Positions 12,970 to 24,400 of a stretch of 64,000 nt of DNA are shown piece by piece (position 1 is the stretch's first letter; every line of letters begins with the position of its first letter). A program made the position numbers and the translations under genes. The DNA lies in the NCBI RefSeq assembly GCF_004010195.1, contig NC_057719.1:30065853-30129852 (forward strand). Direction: 5' to 3'. The notes beneath the pieces were generated by a model, which was given only the letters and a program-made list of their open reading frames with translations, ran no database searches and had not been told where the DNA came from. This stretch comes from Chiloscyllium plagiosum. Its lineage: Eukaryota.

Positions 12970-15170
12970 AGAATATAAGATGTAGGAGCAGAAGTGGGCC
13001 ATTCAGTCCATTGGGTCCATTGCACCATTCAATGAGATGGCTGATCTGGTAATCCTCAACTCCATTTTCCTGCCTTGTGTTCTTATGGCTTGATGCCCTC
13101 ACTTCTTAAAAATCTATCTAATGCGGCCTTGAATAGATTTAATGAGCCAACCTCACTAGCTTTCTGCGGTAAAGAATTCCACAAATTCACTACCCTCTGA
13201 ATGAAAAAAATCCTCATCTGTTTCTTAAATGGGTGATTCCATAATCTGAGATAATACCTTCTGGTTCCAGGGTAACCCACAATGGGAAAAAAAAACCTCT
13301 CTGCATCTTCCCTCTCAAGCCCCTTACAGATTTATCTGATTCAATAAGGTTACCTCTTGTTCCCCTAATTGGGAATGAATACAAGCCCAATCCACTCAAC
13401 CACTCATCATAAGAAAATCCTGCCATATCAGTATCCACTGAGTGATCTACCTCGAATGCCAGTATTCATTAGATAAGCAAACCAAAATACTAACCGTATT
13501 CCAGTTGTGATCGGACCATTACCTTGTACAATTTTAGCAAGACCTTCCTAGTTTTATATTCCATTCCCTTTCAAATAAAGGCCAACATTCCATTTGCCTT
13601 TCCTAATACCCACTGAACTTGGATGCCAGCTTTTTATGATTCATGCACTCGGAGCCCCTAAATCACTCAGTGCCATATCTTTTTGCAATCTTTATCTATT
13701 TAAATAATATTTAGCACTTCTTTCTGCAAAAGTGCATAAACTCACATTTTCCCATATTACATTCCATTTTTTTAAATTTCAAAAATATACTTTATTCATA
13801 AAATAATTTGATGGTCTGTACAGTTGGTCATGCCATACATATGTAAACATGTACATACAGAGATCAAAACTTATCATTTTTATACAGGTCTGTACATTTT
13901 TTGATCATATGCCCATATAATTAGCTGAGGCGTCAGCAGAGCCCAAATGACTGCATGGGCCCCCTGTTCTTCGTTAGGCAGGCAGACTTTACACAGTGGT
14001 CTTTCCCCACCGCGCCTTGGCGGCAGCTGCCCCAAGCTTCAGCGCATCCCTCAACACGTAGTCCTGGACCTTGGAATGTGCCAGTCTGCAACACTCAGTC
14101 GGGGTCAACTCCTTCAGCTGGAAGATCAACAGGTTTCGGACCACCCAGAGAGCGTCCTTCACCGAGTCGATGATCCTCCAGGCACAGTTGATGTTTGTCT
14201 CGGTGTGCGTCCCAGGATACAGACCGTAGAGCACGGAGTCCCGCATCATGGCACTGCTCGGGACGAACCACGACAAACACCACTGCATTCCTCTCCAGAC
14301 TTCCTCTGCGTAGGCACATTCCAGAAGGAGATGTGTGACAGTCTCGCTCCCCCCCGCAGCCGCTTTGACAGCAGCGTGCGGTGCAGCTGAGAGTCCAGGC
14401 CTGCATAAAGGATTTCACAGGCAGAGCCCTTCTCACCACCAGCCAAGCCATGTCTTGGTGCTTGTTGGAAAGTTCTGGCAATGAGGCATTCTGCCAAATG
14501 GCTTTGGCAGTCTGCTCAGGGAACCACTCAATAGGATCCACCCTCTCCTTTTCCCGAAGGGTCTCAAGGACACTACGTGCTGACCACTTCCTAATGGACT
14601 TGTGGTCAAAGGTGTTTTTTTTCCATATTACATTCCATTGGCCAAGGTTTTGCCCATTCACTTAATCCCTCTATAGGTGCCTAGTGTTATCCTCACTACT
14701 TGCTTACCCACTCACTTTTGTGTTATATGCAAATTTGATGATAGTTCATTCATTTTTGTCATCCAAGTAATTAACATATATTGTAAATAACTGTGGCCTC
14801 AACATTGAGCTCTGTGGCACTGCACGAGTTACTGGTTGCCATCTAGAAATATCCCCTTTTTCTCATCTCTCTGACTTTTACTAGTTAGTCAATCCATTAT
14901 CCATGGTAATTTACTATCTCCAACGCCCTATGTGTGGTACCTCATTGAAGGCCTTTTGGAAATCCAAATGTCTGATATTTATTTGTTCTCCTTATTTATC
15001 CTGAATGTTACCTTCTCAAAGAACTCCAATAACTTTGTTAGGCATTATTTCTCATTCATGAAGTCATGGTGAATCAGCTTAATTGTATTTTGCATTTCTA
15101 AATGCTTTGCTATTCCATCTTTTATAATAGACTCTAACCTTTCCCTCGTGACAAATGTTAATGAGCCTGT
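12970..15170 (-). mobile_element. CR1 LINE remnant interrupted by a Tx1/L1 insertion
   Basis: ORF 13083-13280 (FFIQRVVNLWNSLPQ) and 15045-15230 (LESIIKDGIAKHLE). Confidence 0.85.
13769..14622 (-). mobile_element. L1/Tx1-clade LINE, 5'-truncated, with poly(A) and 17-bp TSD
   Basis: ORF2 C-terminus (WQNASLPELSNKHQDMAWLVVRRALPV, zinc-knuckle region, ...VLYGLYPG); AATAAA at 13791-13796; TSD CCATATTACATTCCATT at 13752-13768 and 14623-14639. Confidence 0.85.
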
Positions 15171-16203
15171 TTTGTCTCCGGTTTTTATTAAGTGGCTCTT
15201 TGATCCTGTCCCACCATTGAACAAGATCATGGCTGATTTACTACGTCAACCTTCCAACATTATTCAATATATCCTTTAATTCTCTTAGTACCTAAAAATA
15301 TATTGAATTCTGTCTTGATTTTTCTCAACAGCTGGGAACCTACAATTCCCCTGGCAGTCAATTGCAAACATTGAAGCAATTTGAATTATCAAATTTTGCC
15401 CCAACTTAATTATTTGAGACTATGATCCTGTATTCAAGATTGACCATGCAGGAGAAAAATTTTGCTATGGACCAAATTTTACGTTAGTTTAGGCCAAGTG
15501 CCAAAGTCATGTCAAATCTTTGGAAGGTTTTTTGCTATTTGGCCGAGCGGCTTTTTTCACCATATGTTACCAAGCTAGCCTCACGTCTGATTTCAAATCC
15601 ATCTTACTCCATCCTCCCAGAATAACTTACCACTGCTAGGATAACCTGGAATTAGCCAGCATCCCATGTACCCACACCCATCCTTAAAAGCTTACCATGT
15701 AGCTGGGCAAACACTGTCACTCAGAAGCTGACCTGCACAATCTCTGACATTTACATCAGAAATGGCAGATGAGGGAAAAATTGACACCCTGCATTGTGGA
15801 CAGTGTCCTACAGATCCTCTGGATAAGGTGGTGCAATGTGGGACTTCTCCCAGGATCAGCAGTGGAGGCCATGACATCAAACCATTTCATGCATCTGAAG
15901 GAATATGCAGCATTGTAGGAAGAAGGTCCATGTCCTTCTCCACTCCACTAGCATTAGTGCCACCTTCTTCCTTGATGTCTCACACTCATTCAGTCTCTGC
16001 TATTATACCCACCTCCCACCTCGGCTCATTCTCTACCACTTCCACTATTGTTTGCAACATCTTTCTTCACTCGCTGTCACCTAGCCACTAACCCAACATC
16101 TCCTCTAACCTCCCTACTCATTTGCTAGCGATACCTCCCCACCTGCACCAAAAGTAACAGCTATGCCATCCATGTTTTCTCTTTTAACACCTACCTTTCT
16201 CTC

Positions 16204-16469
16204 AGGAGAAAGTGAGGACTGCAGATGCTGGAAAGTCAGAGTCAAAAAGTGTGGCACTGAAAAAGCACAGCTGGTGAGGCAGCATCCGAGGAGCAGGAGA
16301 GTCAACATTTTGGGTTTTGGCTAATGATGACAAGCCTACGCAGATGCCAGGGTTAGAAGCTCCAGACAATGTTGGGCATGACAACATCCCTGTCCAAAAC
16401 ATCGACTCTCCTGCTCCTCGGATGCTGCCTGACCTGCTGTGCTTTTCCAGCACCACACTTTTTGACTCT
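16204..16469. mobile_element. Inverted pair of Penelope pLTR arms around an 80-bp spacer
   Basis: 16238-16313 is the imperfect reverse complement of 16394-16469. Confidence 0.8.
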
Positions 16470-18681
16470 ATCATTCTCTCATTCCAGGAAAACAGCCCAC
16501 AGTAGGCTCGAAGGATGGGTGGTGTGTTGCCCAACATTTGACTACTCACTATTATGTGGAGAAAATCCTGACTATGATTGCTCTGAGTGCCTGACTCTGT
16601 CCAACTCCTGGACTAGTGTTGGAGACTGCCCTTAATTTACTCTGACAGGACACCCTGAGGGGGTCAAGTCCCCCTTGGCTTGATTGAGGCCTGCTGACAC
16701 CTTTGGCAAGCTTCTTTATTTTGTGTTTGCACTAAATGGCACAGCACGAAAGGAGTACCATGAGCCTGGTTAGTTCTGGCTGAGCCAGCTAAGTGCACAA
16801 AGGCTATACAAAGTGATGTAAAACAGGGTTATTGTGAGCCCCAGGTAGGCTCAGAGTAAGTGAATGCTATGACAGATTCTCTGCCATCTCTGTCCTCTCT
16901 GCACCCCAGGGTGCTGCCTCCAATTCCCAGCATTGATTCTCCTCACTTCTACATGTTAGCAGTTTCTGTTGACATTGATTCCGAACCCCTGATTGACTTG
17001 GTCGGACAGCTCTAAATGATTGACCGAACAGACCATGAATGACCTCTGAGTAGCTCCCCAACTGATGATCTGTGGATTCCCTGACTGTTTGCACTGGACC
17101 TATTCAACTGACCCTGAATTGTAATGAGATCTTGACCATCCCAAGTGGACAACAGCCTGTGCCCAAGTTCTGGACCGTGAGCAGTCGCTACCGTTGATTG
17201 ACTGTGCTGGGACCCCCCCCGACTGAAAACAGACTTCATGGACTTGACTGTGGACTACCCCCAACTTTGATTTTGAGACATGACCATTTTGTTGGTGCAT
17301 ATACAGTATGTTTACTGTGTGGGCTGCTGGCATGACATTTTGCCATACAGCAACATGCCCAAGCCCTTGACTAATGACTGCTAACAACCAGGAGTAGCTG
17401 CCTGGTGATGTGACTGTTCTGACTTTTAAGATCTGTCTGAGAAGAAAAAGCAGAAAAAGGAAAGGCAAAGCACAGATGCTGTGAGCATTCAGTTGGGTAC
17501 AAAAGTGAGTGAGTGCCCAGAGAAGCAGCCAATACATGATCTAAACAGAAATTTCTCGTGAAACTCAGCAGGTCTGACAACATCTACAGAGAGAAAGCAG
17601 ACTCAATATTTAAGGTCCTGTGACCCTTCTCCAATCCATGAGCTGGGTGTCTCTTCCTGTGTGCAAACTGTACTTGCAGCTGTATTGCAATGAGAGGTAC
17701 CAGCGTGCTCCAAGGTGCAGCATTCCTGGGCAGAACTGTGTTATAAGTGTCTCGGAGATATACCATGATGATGTGTCGAGGCTGACCGATGTCCATGGAT
17801 GTGGATGCATGCAGTCACTGTCCTTAGCCATGAGGTGTTGATGTAACGTGTCCAAGATGGAGATCTGAGGAACAAAAGCTGAGCTGGTGTTGCCAGGTCC
17901 CCACTATGACTTTCTGGTCAGGAATTCTTGATCTAATTTCTCATTGGCAGATGGGACAATAGGAGATTACCTATTAATGAGGCCAGATTAAGTAACAATG
18001 AGAGTGATAATGGGTGATAGTGTATGCTAATAACCATCTCATCACTGATTAGCAAGAATCTTGCCTCAGTGGCTGTGACTTGGCTGGAAAATATAATTTT
18101 TTGGTCTTGAGGTCAACATCTCACTGATTTTTTTCAAATCTTTTGCTATAGTCTACATTATTCAGGGGCTGGGAAGATTCCACCCAATCAATCAAGCCTA
18201 GTTGCTCCAAACAGTAGTATGGGCATTTTAAAAGCCTGATAAATAAAGCTCCTGCATACACACAAGCTGGTGTCTCATCTTTATATATCTCCGAGACATA
18301 AAACCCAACAGTGACATGAACACCACTGAACTGTTCACTACTGTCCTTCGGAGAAGATGTCTGCTATCATTACCCACACTGGTTTATATGTTATTCCAGC
18401 ATACAACAATGTAGTTCACTCTTAACGTCCCTTTGAAATGGCCTAACAAGACATTCCATTGTCACTACCACTACTCAGGGGCAATAGGAATGAGCACTAA
18501 ATTCTAACCTTGGCAATAATGTCTACATACAATGAATAAAAAGTGAATTGAGCAACCAGTATACTTGTGTTTACTGAAAGGACTGTCCACTACTCCATGA
18601 GGGCATCTTCCTAGAAGATGTCTGAAGAGGTAAAGTTTATTAAAAAAGTACCCAATCCTACTGTCAGACTCACTCACAATG

Positions 18682-19868
18682 GAAAAAGCGAGGACTGCAG
18701 AGGAATGCATCCCAGATGTCCTCCTATTTCAAGGACTTCAATTTCCCCTCCCACGTGATCAACAATGCCCTCCATCGCATCTCCTCCACTTCCTCCACGT
18801 CTGCCCTCAAACCCAACAACCCCAACCGCAACAAGAATAGAATCCCCCAGTCCTCACATTCCACCCCACTAATTTCCAGATACAGCGCATTATCCTCAGC
18901 CATTTCCGTCACCTACAGTCAGACCCCACTACCAAAGATATATTTTCCTCACCACTCTTATCTGCATTCCGCAGAGACCATTCCCTCTGCAACTGTCTTG
19001 TTGGGTCCATGCTCCCCACCAACCTACCTTCTGCACCTGGCACCTTCCCCTGCCACTGCATGAGGTGTAAAACCTATGCTCACACTTCACACTTCACACC
19101 TCACTCCTCACTCCTCACCTCACCTCACCACCCCTCACCCCTCACTCCTCACCCCTCACCCCTCACCCCTCACCCCTCACTTGTGTCCAAGGCCCTAAAG
19201 GATCATTTCAAGTTGAGCAGAGATTTTCTTGCACAACCTTCCACCTCGTCTACTCCATCCATGGCTGTCAATGTGGTCTCCCCTATGTCAGGAAGACAAA
19301 ACGCCAACTCGTGGAGCAGTTCAGGAAACACCTTTGGGATGTACACATCAAACAACCCCACCTCCCTGTGTCCAACCACTTCAACTCCCCCTCCCCCTCC
19401 CCCAAGGATATGCAAATCCTGCCCTCCTCCACCGCCAACCCAAAGTCACTCAGCAGCTAGAGGAAGAACGCCTCATCTTCCACCTTGGGACCTTAAAACC
19501 ACACGACATTAGCATCAACTTCACTAGTTTCCAAATCTTTCCATTCCCCACACCCTATCCCAGAACTAATCCTCCAATTAAAGCACCATCCTCTTGACCT
19601 GTCCCACCTATCCATCTACCTGCCTACTTACCTCTCTTCCACTCCACCCTCCCCACTGACCTATCACAATCACCTTTCACCTGCATCCACCTATCAATTC
19701 CCAATTACTTTCCTCCAGTCCCACCCCACTGACCCCTATTTATCTCTCAGCCCCCTTCCTCTCCCACTTTCCTGATGAAGGGCTTAAACCCGAGTTGTTG
19801 AGTCTCCTGCCCCTCGGATGCTACTTGACCTAGTGTGCTTTTTCCAGTGCCACACTTTTCAACTCTCA
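18682..19868 (+). mobile_element. Penelope-like element remnant (RT C-terminus/GIY-YIG region plus pLTR)
   Basis: Peptides MSSYFKDFNFPSHVINNAL and QLEEERLIFHLGTLKPHDISINF; pLTR with CTGATGAAGGGC at 19772; short inverted 5' piece at 18682-18701. Confidence 0.85.
19081..19180 (+). repeat. 7-mer tandem repeat (CACACTT/CACTCCT/CACCCCT)n
   Basis: Read directly; lies inside the Penelope remnant. Confidence 0.9.
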
Positions 19869-20921
19869 CTCCCAATGGCCCAGTCACTAGAACCTTATTT
19901 TGCATTAAACTCAGGAAGATGGGAACACGATATGCACTCACAGTCGCATGAATGCTTCTCGCTCACTTGCAGATCTTAGGTACACCATGAAATGTCCCAA
20001 AACATCCCTAGAGAAGTCAAATATACTTGCTAATTCATAGCAGAGCCTGGTTTGTGACCAACCAAGATTGAGAAGGTTCCTTCAGGAAGATGCCAAATGT
20101 ATCAAGACGTTGTCAGGAATATGTAGAGGTGAAGTTGAGGTTTTGGAGGGAGCCCACAAACCTTCAGATAACTTATTATTTAGCTCTTCAAACATTATTT
20201 GCCGTCCATATATTGTAGAGTCTGAAGATCATGTATTTGACTTCTTAGCCATTGTAGAACCGTTGGAGTGGAATAGAAGCAAGTCACCCTCAATCCCAAG
20301 GGACTACCTAAAGCAAGACACGCTAATTGAGTCAGAACTCAATGTTAATCATGATCCTACCATTACTGTAGGGACCATTTTCCAAGGAATTTCTGGATGA
20401 CTAATTCTTAAATAATGTATTCAAGTGATACATAAATGGGAAAAAGAGCTCTACATGAGCATCAAGAACAAAATGCGAGATATCTTATAGGTATGCAAAA
20501 TGCTATGAATTATACACATACAATGATGCTGCTGTGATGATTATGCTTTAATCTTTAAAACCAAAGATACATGATTTATTAAAGAAAGTCAATGAATCGA
20601 GAATTTTTATTATTAGAATAGTGAAGCTCTGCTTTTATTAGTGTGACTTTCTGAATAATTTAATAAACTTTAAACTCTTGTGCTTAATTTTATTTTCCAC
20701 CTATGCTTTAAAATTTAGAGTTTAATTTACATTCAATAAATAACTAACGAACCATTTTGTTTTGTTTTACTTTAGGTTGATGTCAGACTTGCAGCTTCCT
20801 GTAAACATAATAGATTAAGTGATGAGGTAGCATGTGTGGAGACTGGTGAAGGAAATTAAGGATTACATAATTGATGAGTTAGCAAGGGTGAATGAAGGAT
20901 AGTTTAATTCAAATATTAGTC

Positions 20922-21085
20922 TTAGTTGTGGTTCAGAAGGTAGTAATCTTGTCTCTGAATAAGTGGATGGTGGGCACAAGTTCTATTTCTGAGACTTCAG
21001 ATGAAAACATTGACTCATGCTCCAAGGCAGAGCCTGACGAAGTGCTGCACTGTTAGTGGTGCCATCTTTTGGATGAGACATGAAA
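20922..21085 (+). mobile_element. DeuSINE-like (SacSINE1/AmnSINE1-related) 5' fragment
   Basis: AAGTGCTGCACTGTTAGTGGTGCCATCTTTTGGATGAGAC resembles the Deu-domain SINE consensus as I recall it. Confidence 0.55.
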
Positions 21086-21089
21086 GTGA

Positions 21090-21512
21090 TAATGTGGAGG
21101 AGCCAGTGTTGGACTGGAGAGGACAAAGTTAAAAATCACACATCACCAGGTTATAGTCCAACAGGTTTATTTGGAAGCACTAGCTTTTGGAGTTTGTTCC
21201 TTCATCAAGGGTTGTGAAGCAGGACCATATGACACAGAATGTATAGCAAAAGATTAGTGTCATGCAAGTAAAATGATATAAACCCAGATTGTTGTTAAGT
21301 CTTTCATCTTTTAGAATGGGTTACAGATTTCAGTTCATTAATATGTAAATCCCAGAACTTCTTTTAAGTCACATTCTCAAGATAACTTAAGGTTTTATAA
21401 ACAAAGGTGACATCTCAGCTCGGACAGTGTATTAAAGGTTTGAGGTCAGAGTCTGTCTGCATACCAATTATGAGTCAGACTGGTTTTATTTCCAAAGTGG
21501 AATTTACAAAAT
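21090..21512 (-). mobile_element. Second Penelope pLTR family
   Basis: Minus strand TTGATGAAGGAACAAACTCCAAAAGCTAGTGCTTCCAAATAAACCTGTTGGACTATAACCTGGTG, a degenerate hammerhead with an AGCT palindrome. Confidence 0.6.
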
Positions 21513-21514
21513 AT

Positions 21515-22765
21515 TGTTTGAGATTTTTGAAGAAGTAACAAAAAAATTTGATGAGGGCAGAGCAGTGGAGGGGAGGTGATCTATATGAACTTCAGTAAAG
21601 TGTCTGACAAGGTTCCTCATGGTAGACTGGTTAGCAAGGTTAGATCTCATGGGATACAGGAAAAACTAGCCATTTGGATTCAGAACTGACTCGAAGGTAG
21701 AAGACAGAGGGTGGTGATGGGGGAGTTGCTTTTCAGACTGGAGGCCTGTGACCAGTGGTGTGCCACAAGGATCAGTGCTGGGTCCACTGCTTCTCATTAT
21801 TTATATAAATTATTTGGAAGTGAACATAGGAGGTGTAATTAGTAAGTTTGCTAATGACACCAAAATTAGAGGTGTAGTGGACAGTGAAGAAGGTTACCCC
21901 AGAGTACAACGGGATGTTGATCAGATGGGCCAAGGAGTGGCAGATGGTGTTCAATTTAGATAAATGTGAAGTGCTGCATTTTGGAAAAGCAAATCAGGGT
22001 AGGACTTACACACTTAATGGTAAAATCCTGGGAAATGTTGCTGAACAAAGAGACCTTGGAGTGTAGGTTCATAGTTCCTTGAAAGTGGAGTCACAGGTAA
22101 ACAGGATAGTGAAGAAGGCATTTGGTATGCTTTCCTTTATTAGTCAGAGTATTGAGTACAGGAGTTGGAGGTCATGTTGTGGCAGTACAGGACATTAGTT
22201 AGGCCACTTTTGGAATATTGCACGCAATTCTGGTCTCCTTCCTATTGGAAGGATGTTCTGAAGCTTGAAAGGGTTCAGAAAAGATTTACAAGGATGTTGC
22301 CAGGATTGGAGGATTTGACTTATAGAGAGAGGCTGAATAGGCTGGGGCTGTTTTCCCTGGAGCGTCAGAGGCTGAGGGATGACCTTATAAAGGTTTATAA
22401 AATCAAGAGGGCATGGATAGGATAAATAGACAAGTTCTTTTCCCCCGGGTGAGGGAGTCCAGAACTAGAGGGCATAGGTTTAGGGTGAGAGGGGAAAGAT
22501 TTAAAATGGAACTAAGGGGCAACTTTTTCACACAAAGGGTAGTGCATGTATGGAATGAGCTGCCAGAGGAAGTGGTGGAGGCTAGTACAATTACAACATT
22601 TAAAAGGCATCTTGATGTGTATATGAAAAGGAAGGGTTTAGAGGGATATGGGCCAAGTGCTGGCAAGTGGGACTAGATTAGGTTAAGATATCTGTTCAGC
22701 ATAGATGAGTTGGACTGAAGGGTCTGTTTTCTATGCTGTACATTTCTCTGACTCTATGACTCTAT
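21515..22765 (+). mobile_element. CR1/HER1-like LINE, 5'-truncated, frameshifted
   Basis: RT motifs TSGVPQGSVLGPLL and KFANDT; LVRPLLEYCTQFWSP; RGNFFTQRVV; tail ctctgactctatgactct. Confidence 0.92.
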
Positions 22766-22869
22766 TTAGTCCTTAGAGCTAAAGTGATCAAAGGGTAATG
22801 GGGCGAAAGCGGGAACAGGATGTTGAAATAGATGATCAGCCATGATCATATTGAATAGTGGAGTAGGCT

Positions 22870-24023
22870 CCCACAGCTACCTGGATTACAGCTCTTACCA
22901 CTCTGCCTCCTGCAAAAATGCCATCCCAGATTCCCAATTCCTCTGTCTCCCAGGAGGACCAGTTCCACGACAGAACACACCAGAAGGCCTCTTTCTTTAA
23001 AGACTGTAATTTTCCTTCCCACATAACTGAAGATGCCCTTCAACACATCTCATCCACGTCCCTCACCTCCGCCCTCAAACCCCATCCCTCCAACCGCAAC
23101 AAGGACAGAAGCCCCCCAGTCCTCACCTTCCAACCCACCAACCTCCGCATAAATGCCTTCTCGCAGAGTGCTTTTGGGAACATCTCCAGGACATCCACAC
23201 CAATCAACCCCACCGCTCAGTGGCCCAACATTTCAACTTCCCGTCCCACTCTGCTGAGGGCATGCAGGTCCTGGGGCCTCCTCCACCGCCAGTCCCTCAC
23301 CACCCGATGCCTGGAGGAAGAATGCCTCATCTTCCACTTTGGAACACTGCAACCCTAGGGCATCAATGTGGACTTCACCATTTTCCTCATTTCCCCTCCC
23401 CCCACCTTACACCAGTTCCAATCTGCCAGCTCAGCACTATCCTCATGACCTCCTGGGTGGCACGGTGGCACAGTGGTTAGCACTGCTGCCTCACAGCGCC
23501 AGAGACCCGGGTTCAATTCCCGCCTCAGGCAACTGACTGTGTGGAGATTGCATGTTCTCCCCGTGTCTGCGTGGGTTTCCTCCAGGTGCTCCGGTTTCCT
23601 CCCACAGTCCAAAGATGTGCAGGTTAGGTGAATTGGCCATGCTAAATTGCCCGTAGTGTTAGGTAAGGGATAAATGTAGGGGTATTGGGTGGGTTGCGCT
23701 TCGGCGGGGCGGTATGGACTTGTTGGGCCGAAGGGCCTGTTTCCACACTGTAAGTAATCTAATCTAACCTGTTTTACCTGCCAATGTTCCTTCCCACCTA
23801 TCTGCTCCATCCTCCTCTCTGATCTATTACCTTCATCCCCACCTCCACCCACCTATTGCACTCTTAGCTACCTTCTCCCCAGCCCCAGCCCTCTCCCATT
23901 TACCTCTCTACCCCAGAGGCTCCTTGCCTCATTCCTGATGAAGGGCCTTTGCCCGAAACATCAATTTTCCTGCTCCTCAGATGCCGCTGGACCAGCTGTG
24001 CTTTTCCAGCACCACTCTAATCT
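22870..24023 (+). mobile_element. Penelope-like element remnant with pLTR (SINE inserted)
   Basis: ORF 22918-23358 (SFFKDCNFPSH...LEEECLIFHFGTLQP); hammerhead-like CTGATGA(23935)AGGGC-cttt-GCCC GAAACATC. Confidence 0.85.
23455..23767 (+). mobile_element. HE1-type V-SINE (young)
   Basis: Near-identical to the other full-length copies. Confidence 0.92.
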
Positions 24024-24222
24024 CGCAGCGCTAAATGTCCTACTCCTGTTTTTATTTTCTATGTTTACACATTTTCTCAGTTCATCTGCAACTGAAACCT
24101 TTATCCATGTTTTTGTTACATTTGTTCCACTGAAGCTCTGGCTGACCTCTCACACTCTATAGCTGAAAATGTGTTGCTGGAAAAGCGCAGCAGGTCAGCA
24201 GCATCCAGGGAACAGGAGAATC

Positions 24223-24250
24223 GACGTTTCGGGCATAAGCCCTTCTTCAG
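24223..24250 (-). ncRNA. Minimal hammerhead ribozyme motif
   Basis: Minus strand CTGAAGA A GGGC-ttat-GCCC GAAACGTC; core intact, helix I disrupted by the junction. Confidence 0.65.
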
Positions 24251-24325
24251 GCTAACCTAGGTTGCTTTTGAACAATCCGTAAGCAGTTCCAGATAAGACA
24301 ACTCCCTTAATGACCATCCATGACC

Positions 24326-24359
24326 ATCCTGAAGAAGGGCTTATGCCCGAAACGTCGAT
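24326..24359 (+). ncRNA. Minimal type I hammerhead ribozyme motif
   Basis: ATC CTGAAGA A GGGC-ttat-GCCC GAAACGTC GAT: short helix I (ATC/GAT), helix II, palindromic ACGT, GTC cleavage triplet. Confidence 0.75.
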
Positions 24360-24372
24360 TCTCCTGTCATTC

Positions 24373-24400
24373 CTGAAGAAGGGCTTATGCCCGAAAAGTC
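24373..24400 (+). ncRNA. Second tandem hammerhead motif (palindrome mutated)
   Basis: CTGAAGA A GGGC-ttat-GCCC GAAAAGTC, 44 nt after the first copy. Confidence 0.6.
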
